Source: Bacteroidales bacterium
GTDB lineage: Bacteria > Bacteroidota > Bacteroidia > Bacteroidales > VadinHA17
Reading direction: 5' to 3'
Assembly: GCA_040769065.1 (NCBI GenBank)
Contig: JAXGLU010000001.1
Location: 1,479,218 to 1,543,217 of the forward strand
Length of the DNA stretch: 64,000 nucleotides
Shown here piece after piece: positions 1 through 10,339 of this stretch; within the stretch, counting starts at the first letter, position 1, and every line of letters starts with the position of its first letter. A program made the translations under genes and the position numbers. The notes beneath the pieces are model-generated. The model made no database searches and was not told the DNA's origin. It worked only from the letters and a program-made list of their open reading frames with translations.

Positions 1-1
1 C

Positions 2-2608
2 AACCTTATGCTTAAAACCTCGACAATAGGTCTTTCTGAAGTTACAGTTGAAGCCTCCATGGCCCGGAACACCGAGGGCGCAATGATGTCGATCAAAATG
101 CAGTCACCCAATCTGATTGACGGAATATCTGCCCTGAACTTCAGGAAAATGGGAGATTCTGATGCGGCCTCATCAATAAAAAGGGTCACCGGCGTTTCTG
201 TGGAAAGCGGTAAATATGTTTATGTCAGGGGACTGGGCGACCGTTATACAAAGACTGTACTGAACGGTGTTGACATACCCGGACTTGATCCCGATCGCAA
301 CACCATGCAGATGGATATCTTCCCGACAAACCTGATCGACAATATCATTGTACATAAATCATTCAGTGCGGAACTTCCGGCTGATTTTACCGGCGGAGTC
401 GTCGACATTGCCATTAAAGACTTCCCCGAGAGAAAAAAAGGAAACATATCTGTTAATACAAGTTATAATCCTGACTTTCATTTCAAAAATGATTATCTCA
501 CATATGAAGGTGGGAAAACCGATTTTCTTGGCTTTGACGATGGAACAAGGGCCATCCCTGCAACTTCAAACCTGCCATTTTTTGCCTCGGTAGTAGCAAA
601 TCCTACAGGTGAACAGGGGCTAAGATACAGGGAAGTACTGCAAAGCTTCAATCCTACAATGGCGGCAAGTAAACAAAGAAACTTTATGGACTATGGCCTG
701 GGGACCTTTTTCGGGAATCAAACCCCATTTAAAAAAGTAACCATCGGGTATAATTTTGGCCTGTCGTACAAACACAATTCTGAGTTTTATAAAGATGCCG
801 AATATGGCCGTTATGGTCTTTCAAGCGATCCTGATAATATGAACCTTGAGGTAAGGGAATTCCAGAAAGGGAACTTCGGAGTCAGCAGTGTACTCCTCAG
901 CGGACTTGCCGGATTTGCTATAAAAACAGACAAATCAAAATACCGGATTAACTTCATGCATCTTCAGAACGGAGAATCGAAAGCCGGTATTTTCGACTAT
1001 GAGGGCAGCGACCAGGGAAGTATCTTTTCAGGTTACCAGCATAACCTCGAATACAGCCAGCGGGCCCTTACAAATCTGATGCTTGACGGTAAGCATTCTT
1101 TCTGGAACTCAAAATGGGATATCATATGGAAGTTATCTCCCACCTTTTCGGCCATTGAAGACCCTGATGCCAGGTTCATAAGATACGTTAAAGGACCTGA
1201 AAACAAATTATATATAAATACCGAATCGGGTTTTCCCGAAAGAATATGGAGAAATCTTTCGGAGAAAAACCTTGCCGGGGTAATACACGTAAGCAAAAGC
1301 TTCAGGTTCAATAACGAGCCGGCAAAACTGAATTTTGGCGGAGCATACACTTATAAGGAGCGCGACTTTGTGATACACAAGTTCATGCTGAATGTCAGGA
1401 ATGTAGCTCTCACCGGCGATCCTGACGAACTGTTCAGGCCTGAAAACATCTGGCCGCTTAACGGTACCAACTACTCAAGCGGAACAACATACGAAGCCAG
1501 TTTTATACCTTCCAATCCGAACCTGTTTAACGCAAAAAACAATAATGCAGCCGGATATTTGTCAGCTGAACTGAGCCTCTTCAGGGGAATGAGGATAAAT
1601 GCAGGGCTAAGGGCAGAAAAATTTACCCAGCGCTACACAGGACAGAACCAGCTGGGTACAATCGTACTCTCCAATGATAAAGTCCTTGACGACATTGACC
1701 TTTTCCCGTCAGTCAATATAATTTATAAGGTTTCCCGGACTCAGAATATAAGGATGTCCTATGCGAAAACCATTGCCAGGCCGTCATTCAAGGAATTGTC
1801 CTATGCAGAAATATCCGATCCTATAAGCGGACGCACCTTCGTGGGAGGAATGTTCCGTGATGCGGACGATGTGGCCGGAAGAGAATACTGGAACGGGAAA
1901 CTTGTCAGTTCGGATATACATAATGCCGATGTCAGGTGGGAATTGTATCAGACAGACGGACAGATGATCTCGGTCAGTGGATTCTATAAGTATTTCATCC
2001 GTCCAATTGAAATTGTTCAGTATGCAACACAGGCAGGGAGTTTTCAACCCAGAAATACAGGTAACGGGCAGGTAACCGGTATTGAACTGGAATTCCGCCG
2101 CAACCTTGGAGATATCACAGGTGCCCTGAAGAATTTCAGTATATCGTCAAACATGTCATTCACAAATTCGCGGATAGAACTCAGTCTTACAGAATATATG
2201 TCGCGCGTTGAAAACGCCCGAACCGGACAAAAGATCAAGAATCACCGTGAAATGGCAGGCCAGGCACCCTGGATAATTAACAGCGGCCTTACCTATCTTG
2301 GAGGCAATAATGGTTTCTGGAAAGAATTTGAAGCAGGGCTCTACTACAATGTACAGGGTAAAACTCTTCAATATGTTGGCATTGCAGACCGTCCGGATAT
2401 CTACACCCTGCCTTTCCACAGTCTCAATTTCACCGCAGGTAAAAGCTTTGGCAGGGAAAAAAGAATGCAACTCTCAATAAAGATTGATAATCTTCTTAAT
2501 GACAAGAAAGAATCTGTTTTCAGATCATTTAATCCAACGGATCAGTTTTTCACGAAACTTGAACCGGGAACAACATACCACCTGAAACTGAATTGTGCGC
2601 TGTTTTAG
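2..2608 (+). CDS. TonB-dependent outer-membrane receptor (5' end cut by window edge)
   Basis: Reading frame is open back to position 2. Plug-domain motifs are present (VTGVSVESGKYVYVRGLGDRYTKTVLNGVDIPGLDPDRN), followed by a long beta-barrel region ending in a C-terminal aromatic residue (NCALF). The usual signal peptide and N-terminal domain are missing, so the gene is truncated. Confidence 0.85.
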   Translation, partial: NLMLKTSTIGLSEVTVEASMARNTEGAMMSIKMQSPNLIDGISALNFRKMGDSDAASSIKRVTGVSVESGKYVYVRGLGDRYTKTVLNGVDIPGLDPDRNTMQMDIFPTNLIDNIIVHKSFSAELPADFTGGVVDIAIKDFPERKKGNISVNTSYNPDFHFKNDYLTYEGGKTDFLGFDDGTRAIPATSNLPFFASVVANPTGEQGLRYREVLQSFNPTMAASKQRNFMDYGLGTFFGNQTPFKKVTIGYNFGLSYKHNSEFYKDAEYGRYGLSSDPDNMNLEVREFQKGNFGVSSVLLSGLAGFAIKTDKSKYRINFMHLQNGESKAGIFDYEGSDQGSIFSGYQHNLEYSQRALTNLMLDGKHSFWNSKWDIIWKLSPTFSAIEDPDARFIRYVKGPENKLYINTESGFPERIWRNLSEKNLAGVIHVSKSFRFNNEPAKLNFGGAYTYKERDFVIHKFMLNVRNVALTGDPDELFRPENIWPLNGTNYSSGTTYEASFIPSNPNLFNAKNNNAAGYLSAELSLFRGMRINAGLRAEKFTQRYTGQNQLGTIVLSNDKVLDDIDLFPSVNIIYKVSRTQNIRMSYAKTIARPSFKELSYAEISDPISGRTFVGGMFRDADDVAGREYWNGKLVSSDIHNADVRWELYQTDGQMISVSGFYKYFIRPIEIVQYATQAGSFQPRNTGNGQVTGIELEFRRNLGDITGALKNFSISSNMSFTNSRIELSLTEYMSRVENARTGQKIKNHREMAGQAPWIINSGLTYLGGNNGFWKEFEAGLYYNVQGKTLQYVGIADRPDIYTLPFHSLNFTAGKSFGREKRMQLSIKIDNLLNDKKESVFRSFNPTDQFFTKLEPGTTYHLKLNCALF

Positions 2609-2780
2609 GGCGGTATATTTATGCATAATTGATTGATGTGCCCGTTGAACTGTAGCCACCAGAACCAACGGGCACTTTTCTCCTGCTTGCAATAATATCG
2701 GAGGTAAATTCATTCTTTTAAAAATTGAAGTTAACTTTACACATGCATCTTTGAAACTCTTATATATATCCTTCATTATT

Positions 2781-3467
2781 ATGGAAAAAAAAAACATAAA
2801 GATCCTGATTGTAGATGATGAAGAAGACCTCTGCGAAATCCTTCAGTATAATCTCGGAAACGAGGGTTATTCAGCTGATATCGCAAATTCGGCCGAAGAA
2901 GCATTGAAAAAGCCCCTGGACAGCTATGATCTGATTCTTCTGGATGTTATGATGGGACCTATGTCGGGGTTCAAAATGGCCGACAAGCTCCGCAAGGAGA
3001 TGGAAAACAATGTCCCCATTATATTTCTTACAGCCAAGGACACTGAGAACGACATCCTTACCGGTTTCAGCCTGGGAGCCGATGACTATATTGCCAAACC
3101 TTTTTCTGTTAATGAATTAACAGCCCGCGTGAAGGCTGTCCTTAAACGCTCACAATCAGACAGGACAAAAAAAGCTGTTAACCTGAAATTTGGCGATCTT
3201 GAAATTGATATTCTCAGAAAAAGGCTGATACTAAATGACAAAAAAATTGAACTTACCAAAAAGGAATTTGAAATCCTTAAACTTCTTCTTGAGAACCAGG
3301 GGCGGGTCTTTTCAAGAGAGGAGGTCCTTGGAACGGTTTGGGGCAGGGATGTTGTTGTTACAGAAAGAACTGTTGATGTGAATATTACAAGGCTAAGGAC
3401 CAAGCTCGGCAAATACGGACCTAACCTGAAGAACAAGACAGGTTATGGATATTTCATTGAATTCTGA
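2781..3467 (+). CDS. OmpR/PhoB-family response regulator
   Basis: Receiver motifs ILIVDDEEDL, LILLDVMM, IIFLTAK, DDYIAKPF, plus a winged-helix output domain (LTKKEFEILKLL, VDVNITRLRTKL, GYGY). Start moved from ORF-track 2751 to ATG 2781 (MEKKN). Confidence 0.9.
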   Translation: MEKKNIKILIVDDEEDLCEILQYNLGNEGYSADIANSAEEALKKPLDSYDLILLDVMMGPMSGFKMADKLRKEMENNVPIIFLTAKDTENDILTGFSLGADDYIAKPFSVNELTARVKAVLKRSQSDRTKKAVNLKFGDLEIDILRKRLILNDKKIELTKKEFEILKLLLENQGRVFSREEVLGTVWGRDVVVTERTVDVNITRLRTKLGKYGPNLKNKTGYGYFIEF

Positions 3468-3475
3468 AAAACGAA

Positions 3476-5260
3476 ATGTCTATGCCCTATCACAGGAATA
3501 AATTCAGGAACAACCTGCTGATATTTTACTCTGCCATCTTCCTGATGGTTGCCCTTCTGGTTATAACATACAGTTATAACAGGGAAAAACAGTACAGGAT
3601 ACTTGCCCTTAACGACAATCTCTACAATATCAGCAGGATAGCAGATAATTATATAAATATCAATAACATCTATGAAACCGGCCGGTACCACAAGCTCGAT
3701 TCACTCAGACGCCTTCTTCCGCATAAAAATCTCAGGATCTCCATAATCGATACGTCAGGCTGTGTTTTATATGACAGTTTTGTTCCTGATTATGAAACTA
3801 TGGAGAATCATAAAACAAGACCTGAGATTATTGAATCACTGAATTCTGAATTCGGTACCACAATAAGGAAATCGGACACTACCGGTGAAGATTATTATTA
3901 CTATGTAAAATTCTACGGCAAGTATTTCATTAGATCTGCACTAGTCTATGATGTTACTGTTACTAATTTCCTCAAAGCAAATTTTAAGTTCCTTCTGTTG
4001 CTCCTTATTGCCTTTTTAATAACCGGTGTTATTCTTTTTATTGTAACTAATAAATTCGGAGAATCGGTCACAAGTCTCAGGGATTTTACAGTCAGCCTTA
4101 AAAATGACAAGCCTTTTGTCGCTAAATTCCCAAAAAACGAGCTTGGTGTTATCGGTTCGGAGATACTTGATATCTATAATAATCTCCTCGCTGCAAAAAA
4201 TGAACTGGTCACTGAAAAAGAGAAATTATTCAATCATCTTAACGCACTGAATGAGGGGGTTGCTTTTTTCTCACATGACAAGGAGATTCTTTTCAGCAAC
4301 GATCACTTCATCCAGCAAAAAAACCTTATCTCAGGCGATCTTAAAATATTCACATCGAATCTCTTTGAGATACCAGAATTCTCTGCAGTAAACGATTTCA
4401 TTAATTCATACTCCAATGCTTCCTTTAAACCCTCCGAACTGCCAAAAATGGAATACCAGGTCTCCAGGGATGGCAGATTTTTCAAGGTACAATGTGTAAT
4501 ATTCAACGATAAAAGTTTTGAAGTAATCCTTAGCGATATAACAAGAATAGGCAGGAACAAGCAAATAAAGCAGCAGATGACATCAAACATTGCCCATGAA
4601 CTCAAAACTCCCGTATCCTCGATAAAAGGTTATATTGAAACGCTGCTAAGCAACAATTCCATTGAACCTGAAAAGCAGAAATACTTTCTTGAAAAAGCAC
4701 TTGGCCAGACTGACAGACTGACCTATCTCATCAACGATATTTCAGTCCTTAATAAGATAGAAGAAGCCGGATCTTCATTCACTCCTGAAAAAGTTAAAAT
4801 AAGCAAAATTATCAGGGAGGTAACTGACAATTTCAAATCAGCCATCGAGGCCAGAAAAATAAATGTTGAATCGTTTATTAAAAATAATGTTTTGGTGAAA
4901 GGCAACAGATCACTAATTCTCTCTGTCTTTCAGAACCTTATGGAAAATGCCATCAACTATGCCGGAGATGCTACAAATGTGAGAATACTCATTTACAGTG
5001 AGGACAAGAAGTTCTACCATTTTTCATTTTCCGACGATGGTGTAGGGATTCCTCATGAACACATAAACAGGATTTTCGAACGCTTTTACCGGGTCGACTC
5101 AGGCCGGTCAAGAAAGAGTGGCGGTACAGGCCTCGGGCTGGCAATTGTAAAAAATGCCATTTTGCTTCACAAAGGTGATATAATGGTAAGGAACAGAGTG
5201 GGAGGAGGGACTGAATTCCTGTTCTCGCTGCCAAAAAATGATAAAAAGAAAAGTTCTTAA
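3476..5260 (+). CDS. Sensor histidine kinase (HisKA + HATPase_c)
   Basis: Two hydrophobic segments flank a periplasmic region. H-box HELKTPVSSIKGY, N-box NLMENAINYA, G-boxes DDGVGIP and GGTGLGLAIV. Lies 9 nt downstream of the response regulator. Confidence 0.9.
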   Translation: MSMPYHRNKFRNNLLIFYSAIFLMVALLVITYSYNREKQYRILALNDNLYNISRIADNYININNIYETGRYHKLDSLRRLLPHKNLRISIIDTSGCVLYDSFVPDYETMENHKTRPEIIESLNSEFGTTIRKSDTTGEDYYYYVKFYGKYFIRSALVYDVTVTNFLKANFKFLLLLLIAFLITGVILFIVTNKFGESVTSLRDFTVSLKNDKPFVAKFPKNELGVIGSEILDIYNNLLAAKNELVTEKEKLFNHLNALNEGVAFFSHDKEILFSNDHFIQQKNLISGDLKIFTSNLFEIPEFSAVNDFINSYSNASFKPSELPKMEYQVSRDGRFFKVQCVIFNDKSFEVILSDITRIGRNKQIKQQMTSNIAHELKTPVSSIKGYIETLLSNNSIEPEKQKYFLEKALGQTDRLTYLINDISVLNKIEEAGSSFTPEKVKISKIIREVTDNFKSAIEARKINVESFIKNNVLVKGNRSLILSVFQNLMENAINYAGDATNVRILIYSEDKKFYHFSFSDDGVGIPHEHINRIFERFYRVDSGRSRKSGGTGLGLAIVKNAILLHKGDIMVRNRVGGGTEFLFSLPKNDKKKSS

Positions 5261-6246
5261 CTAAACAGTGCCTTGAAAAAATAACACATAATTCCCCCGA
5301 TAAAAGCTGACACAGGTATTGTCAGAATCCAGGCCCAGAAAATTTTTCCGGTAACACCCCATTTTACTGCTGAAGCTCTTTTTGTGGCACCAACTCCAAT
5401 TATTGAACCCGTTATCGTATGTGTTGTACTTACAGGTATTCCAAGATTTGTAGCCATAAATAAAGTAAGCGCCCCTGCAGTTTCTGCACAAAAGCCCTCA
5501 AAAGATCTCAGCTTTGTGATTTTCTGACCCATTGTCTTGACAATCCTCCATCCTCCGAACAATGTGCCAAGTGCAATGGCAGCATGACATGACAAGACTA
5601 TCCATAAAGCCGGATCCGAATCCACCGAAACCCTTCCCATAGCCACAAGGGCTACCCAAATGATTCCCATGGATTTTTGTGCGTCATTCCCACCATGCCC
5701 CAGGCTGAAAGCAGATGCAGATACCAATTGCAGACGCCTGAAATGCTTATCGACAGCAAACGGAGATGAATGTTTCACAATATGAAGTACTATTATGGAA
5801 ATTATGTAAGACATAACCATTCCTAAAACCGGAGCAATAACAATGAAAAGGGCTATTTTAACAAGACCCGAATAGATAACCGACCCGAATCCGCTTGTAA
5901 CAATTGCCGCCCCCACCAATCCCCCCACCAGAGTGTGTGAAGAACTTGAAGGAAGCCCCCACCACCATGTAAGCAGATTCCATATAATAGCCGCAGTTAC
6001 GGCGGCAGCTATCAGATTCAGATTAACAATATCCGGATCAATAACTCCTTTGCCTATAGTCTTTGCCACGTTAAGCTCAAAAACCAGAAATGCTATAAAA
6101 TTAAAGAAAGCAGCAAGACCTACAGCTGCAAGCGGCGATAAAACCCTTGTCGATACTATGGTTGCAATGGAATTTGCAGAATCGTGAAATCCGTTAATAA
6201 AATCAAAGATCAGGACGAGAGCTATGATAACATACAAGAATGTCAT
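5257..6246 (-). CDS. Inorganic phosphate transporter, PiT (PHO4) family
   Basis: Polytopic membrane protein with the duplicated PiT signatures GFHDSANSIAT and GHGGNDAQKSMG. Confidence 0.9.
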   Translation of the reverse strand: MTFLYVIIALVLIFDFINGFHDSANSIATIVSTRVLSPLAAVGLAAFFNFIAFLVFELNVAKTIGKGVIDPDIVNLNLIAAAVTAAIIWNLLTWWWGLPSSSSHTLVGGLVGAAIVTSGFGSVIYSGLVKIALFIVIAPVLGMVMSYIISIIVLHIVKHSSPFAVDKHFRRLQLVSASAFSLGHGGNDAQKSMGIIWVALVAMGRVSVDSDPALWIVLSCHAAIALGTLFGGWRIVKTMGQKITKLRSFEGFCAETAGALTLFMATNLGIPVSTTHTITGSIIGVGATKRASAVKWGVTGKIFWAWILTIPVSAFIGGIMCYFFKALFS

Positions 6247-6454
6247 AGGGATATTTTATTGATATACTGGACAATAAAGGCCACGGAAAGAAAGTATCTG
6301 GTTTTCAGATAATATGATCCCACTTTGTACGCATATTTTCAACGGCGAAAATAATAACTGTACAAATAATCCGGGCCTGATTTTTATTACGTTATTGTTA
6401 CAAATTGCTGCAGGTCTCAAACACGTTTTTATGATTAGCATACCATTCTGTTGA

Positions 6455-7429
6455 TTATTTATCCAGTTCTGACAGTTTTTTAAGAATCATCCTTCCTCTT
6501 GCCAGGACTCCTGACGAGCTTTCCTCATGCAGCATGCTTATCGATGCTGACAATTCGTTTGCCAGTTCCGGATATAATAACGCAAGCCTGTAAAGGATCT
6601 CCATAGAATAAGTCTTTATCGCTACTGCAGAAAAAGGAGAGTTAAGCGCATTCATGCAATAGTCAGCCAGTTTGCCATGCAATTCCCTTCTTACCAGGCT
6701 AAGGTCGGTAAAGGACAGGATCCTGAGAAAGGAACGCCGTGCATTCTCATGGCTTAGATGATCAAGCCTGTCGGTCATATTGTCAAGATATGGATGGATA
6801 AGTCGGGGATTACTATCATAAAGCTTTGAGATTGTCCATGATGAATGGAAAGCAAGTTTCCTGTCGTCGCTGTAAGACCACTCAAACAGCTTTCCAAGAA
6901 CAGCCGGGTTTTCGATCGCCGATGCTGCAATCCATTCAGCTTCTTCTGTGCTTCTTATATTTTTAACAATACCGAGAAAATCATCTTCTGCATCAAGGTC
7001 GTCTTCAAAGCCGGTTATGGTTTTAGCAGTATCGGTGGTCCTTTTCGCTAATTTCTGGTATTCTACAGCCACAATCACATCTGCTCCTGAAAGATCAACA
7101 GAAAGCAAATTTCCGGGAGGCAACCATTTATAAGCCATATGTTCCGAAAGTACAGGGAGCTCATCAAGAGTATCGCATATAAAGGGAATAAGCTTTATCT
7201 GTTTTGTACCATAATCAAATTCTACAGCGGCCAACTTTTCACAGATGACAATTTCCATCGAAAGTTCCTCCCTGATCTCCCTTAAAAGACATTCTTCCGC
7301 ACTTTCTCCTTCCTTTATCTTGCCTCCCGGAAACTCCCACATTAAAGGATTGCTCGAACCGGCACTTCTCTGAACTGTCAGGACTTCATTATCCTCATTC
7401 CTGATAATGGCACAGGTAACATTTATCAT
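6455..7429 (-). CDS. NUDIX (MutT-like) hydrolase fused to a ~190-aa alpha-helical C-terminal domain of unknown function
   Basis: N-terminal Nudix box GGKIKEGESAEECLLREIREELSMEI. The C-terminal half is helical and repeat-like with no motif I recognise. Confidence 0.8.
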   Translation of the reverse strand: MINVTCAIIRNEDNEVLTVQRSAGSSNPLMWEFPGGKIKEGESAEECLLREIREELSMEIVICEKLAAVEFDYGTKQIKLIPFICDTLDELPVLSEHMAYKWLPPGNLLSVDLSGADVIVAVEYQKLAKRTTDTAKTITGFEDDLDAEDDFLGIVKNIRSTEEAEWIAASAIENPAVLGKLFEWSYSDDRKLAFHSSWTISKLYDSNPRLIHPYLDNMTDRLDHLSHENARRSFLRILSFTDLSLVRRELHGKLADYCMNALNSPFSAVAIKTYSMEILYRLALLYPELANELSASISMLHEESSSGVLARGRMILKKLSELDK

Positions 7430-7668
7430 AACGAGGCTAAAATTAACATTATTTGACTTGCCTGAAAGAATAAATATATCATAATTACTCCTGTTTAATT
7501 ATCAAAAGTCAGGGGTTTTAACAGAATATTGTGCTATTTTTATCCGGAAGATTCAGAAATGCTGGATCCCTTAACTGATCATACTGCTCTGAAATTGACA
7601 ATATCGACCATTTCCGGGTGATGACAAAGAGAAAAAATTAATCATCAATCCGATTGATTACTAATAAT

Positions 7669-7758
7669 ATGAAACCCACATGTATCAAATACAAAAATAC
7701 GTTTGTATATAATTTTCAAACATGTGGGTTCCATCATACCATTGAAATAAAATTATAT
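7669..7758 (+). repeat. Copy A of a ~90-nt hairpin-containing leader module (arms AACCCACATGT / ACATGTGGGTT)
   Basis: Aligns by eye with the reverse complement of 16609..16699. 11-bp perfect inverted arms at 7673-7683 and 7720-7730. Ends at the ATG of the MFS transporter gene. Confidence 0.8.
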
Positions 7759-9157
7759 GCGGATGAAAACTAATAAAGGCTATGTAATTTTTCTTGCCAT
7801 GGTAGCTGCGCTTGGCGGATTTCTGTTCGGATATGATACTGCAGTTATATCAGGCACCATCACCCAGGTCTCCAATCAGTTTGGTCTGGACTCAATACAG
7901 CAGGGATGGTATGTAGGTTGTGCACTTTTCGGATCAATAGTTGGAGTATCAATAGCCGGCTTACTGAGCGATCATTTTGGAAGGAAAAATACGATGTTTT
8001 TTTCTGCAATCCTCTTTTCAGTAAGTGCTGCAGGATGTGCGCTGGCAGCAGGAATCTCTGATCTGGTGGCATACAGGATTATAGGAGGTATCGGTATTGG
8101 AGTCGCATCTATCGTTTCGCCGATTTACATATCGGAAGTAGCAATAGCCCGATACAGGGGAAGCCTGGTTTCCTTTTACCAGCTTGCCATCACAATAGGA
8201 TTTCTGGGTGCATACCTGGTTAATTACTGGCTGCTTAATCTGTCTCTGCAGGGAGAATGGAACAATCCTGTTCTTAATAAGATTTTCGTGACTGAAGTAT
8301 GGAGAGGCATGCTGGGCATGGAAACCTTACCGGCTGTAATGTTCTTTATAATGATATTCTTTATACCTGAGAGCCCCCGTTGGTTAATACTCAAAAACAA
8401 ACCCGAAAGATCATTCCGGATATTTAAAAGGATTTATCATGACGATAAAGCTGCGAATGAGCAGGTCATGCAGACTCAGCAGGCTGTAAGCACTGAAAAG
8501 AAATCACAATGGAGGGTTCTGTTGGAACCCGGAATCCTGAAAGCAGTCTGGATAGGGGTTGCCATTGCCATGCTGGGGCAGTTCATGGGTGTGAATGCAG
8601 TCTTGTATTATGGCCCGACAATATTCCAGGAGAGCGGGCTTTCAAGTGGTGATTCATTGTTTTACCAGGTTCTTGTCGGCCTGGTCAACGCGGGTACAAC
8701 AGTCATTGCTCTCCTGATAATTGACAAGGTGGGCAGAAAACAACTTGTTTACTGGGGTGTTTCAGGAATGATTATCAGCCTGATATGCATTGCAATATAT
8801 TTCATGTACGGCAAAGCATTAGGACTGACGCCCGTTGTTTTACTGGTTTTTTTCCTGCTCTACATTTTCTCATGTGCAATTTCTATCTGTGCAGTTATTT
8901 TTGTTCTTCTTTCGGAAATGTATCCTACAAGAGTGAGGGGACTGGCAATGTCGATAGCCGGGTTCTCCCTGTGGGTGGGCACCTATCTTGTCGGACAGCT
9001 AACTCCATGGCTGCTTGAGAATCTTACTCCTGCAGGCACTTTCCTCCTGTTTGCTGCAATGTGCCTGCCCTATATTTGGATAATCTGGAAGAAAGTCCCG
9101 GAAACTACGGGAAAAACTCTTGAAGAAATTGAAATGATCTGGACCAAAAAAAGTTGA
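7757..9157 (+). CDS. MFS sugar porter (XylE/GalP-like sugar:H+ symporter)
   Basis: 12-TM profile with sugar-porter signatures GRKNTMFFSAILF, PESPRWL and PTRVRG. An alternative start is ATG 7763. Confidence 0.9.
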   Translation: MRMKTNKGYVIFLAMVAALGGFLFGYDTAVISGTITQVSNQFGLDSIQQGWYVGCALFGSIVGVSIAGLLSDHFGRKNTMFFSAILFSVSAAGCALAAGISDLVAYRIIGGIGIGVASIVSPIYISEVAIARYRGSLVSFYQLAITIGFLGAYLVNYWLLNLSLQGEWNNPVLNKIFVTEVWRGMLGMETLPAVMFFIMIFFIPESPRWLILKNKPERSFRIFKRIYHDDKAANEQVMQTQQAVSTEKKSQWRVLLEPGILKAVWIGVAIAMLGQFMGVNAVLYYGPTIFQESGLSSGDSLFYQVLVGLVNAGTTVIALLIIDKVGRKQLVYWGVSGMIISLICIAIYFMYGKALGLTPVVLLVFFLLYIFSCAISICAVIFVLLSEMYPTRVRGLAMSIAGFSLWVGTYLVGQLTPWLLENLTPAGTFLLFAAMCLPYIWIIWKKVPETTGKTLEEIEMIWTKKS

Positions 9158-9174
9158 ACCTAAAAACAGGAACT

Positions 9175-10338
9175 ATGGATTTCAAAAAACTGGCATCACT
9201 ATACCGTGATGAACTTCTTGACAATGTTCTGCCATTCTGGATGAACAACTCCATTGACCGTGAATGCGGTGGATACTTTACCTGCCTTAATCGCGAAGGA
9301 AAGATTTTTGACACTGACAAGTTTATATGGCTGCAGGGGCGCCAGGTTTGGATGTTCTCGATGCTGTACAACAAGGTTGAGCGCCGGCAGGAATGGCTGG
9401 ACATTGCCATCCATGGAGGAGAATTTCTTAAAAAATATGGCCACGATGGTAATTTCAACTGGTATTTCTCTCTCAACAGAGAAGGAAAACCCTTAGTTGA
9501 ACCATATAATATATTTTCTTACACTTTTGCTGCAATGGCCTTTGGCCAGTTAAGCCTGGCAACAGGGAACAGCGAATACGCTGATATTGCAAGAAAAACA
9601 TTTGAGATTATCCTGTCAAAGACAGATAACCCAAAAGGGCGCTGGAACAAGGCATACCCGGGCACAAGAAATCTTAAGGGTTTTGCCCTGCCTATGATCC
9701 TGTGCAACCTTTCGCTTGAAATTGAACATCTTATTGAAAAATCATTCCTTGAGAAAACCATAGAAACCTGTGTACATGAGGTTATGGAAGTCTTTTACAG
9801 ACCTGAGCTCGGACTGATTGTGGAAAATGTTGCAGAAGACGGAAGTTTATCCGATTCTTTCGAAGGCAGGGTCCTGAATCCGGGTCATGCCATTGAAGCC
9901 ATGTGGTTCATCATGGACCTGGGCAAGCGCCTGAACCGTACAAAACTCATTACATCAGCCAATGAAATTGCACTCAACACTCTTGAATATGGCTGGGATA
10001 AAGAATATGAAGGAATATTTTATTTCATGGACCGCCTTGGCCATCCGGTACAACAGCTTGAATGGGATCAGAAGCTATGGTGGGTCCATATGGAAACTCT
10101 GATCACGCTTCTTAAAGGCTATCAGATGACAGGCTCAGAAAAAAACCTGAAGTGGTTCGATATAGTCCACAAATATACCTGGGGACATTTCAAAGATGAC
10201 GAATTCGGGGAATGGTTCGGTTATCTCAATCGAAGGGGAGAAATCCTGCTGCCCCTGAAAGGCGGAAAATGGAAAGGATGTTTTCATGTACCCAGAGGCC
10301 TGTATCAATGCTGGAAGATTCTTGAAAGTCTGGGCTAA
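9175..10338 (+). CDS. N-acylglucosamine 2-epimerase (AGE/RENBP family)
   Basis: Near full-length similarity, recalled from memory, to characterised AGE enzymes: LPFWMNNSIDRECGGYFTCLNREGKIFDTDKFIWLQGRQVWMFSML, LEWDQKLWWVHMETL, GEWFGYLNRRGEILLPLKGGKWKGCFHVPR. Start taken at MDFKK. Confidence 0.9.
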   Translation: MDFKKLASLYRDELLDNVLPFWMNNSIDRECGGYFTCLNREGKIFDTDKFIWLQGRQVWMFSMLYNKVERRQEWLDIAIHGGEFLKKYGHDGNFNWYFSLNREGKPLVEPYNIFSYTFAAMAFGQLSLATGNSEYADIARKTFEIILSKTDNPKGRWNKAYPGTRNLKGFALPMILCNLSLEIEHLIEKSFLEKTIETCVHEVMEVFYRPELGLIVENVAEDGSLSDSFEGRVLNPGHAIEAMWFIMDLGKRLNRTKLITSANEIALNTLEYGWDKEYEGIFYFMDRLGHPVQQLEWDQKLWWVHMETLITLLKGYQMTGSEKNLKWFDIVHKYTWGHFKDDEFGEWFGYLNRRGEILLPLKGGKWKGCFHVPRGLYQCWKILESLG

Positions 10339-10339
10339 C

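Noticed and set aside
5257-5260. Convergent genes with overlapping or abutting stop codons (HK/PiT here; epimerase/HsdR_N-like at 10338-10340), leaving no room for terminators
   Set aside because: This is real but common in compact genomes. On its own it is not evidence of anything unusual.
6256-6441. 61-aa ORF upstream of the PiT gene, where a DUF47/PhoU-like partner might be expected
   Set aside because: It is too short, its sequence is not protein-like, and it bears no resemblance to DUF47. I treat the region as intergenic.
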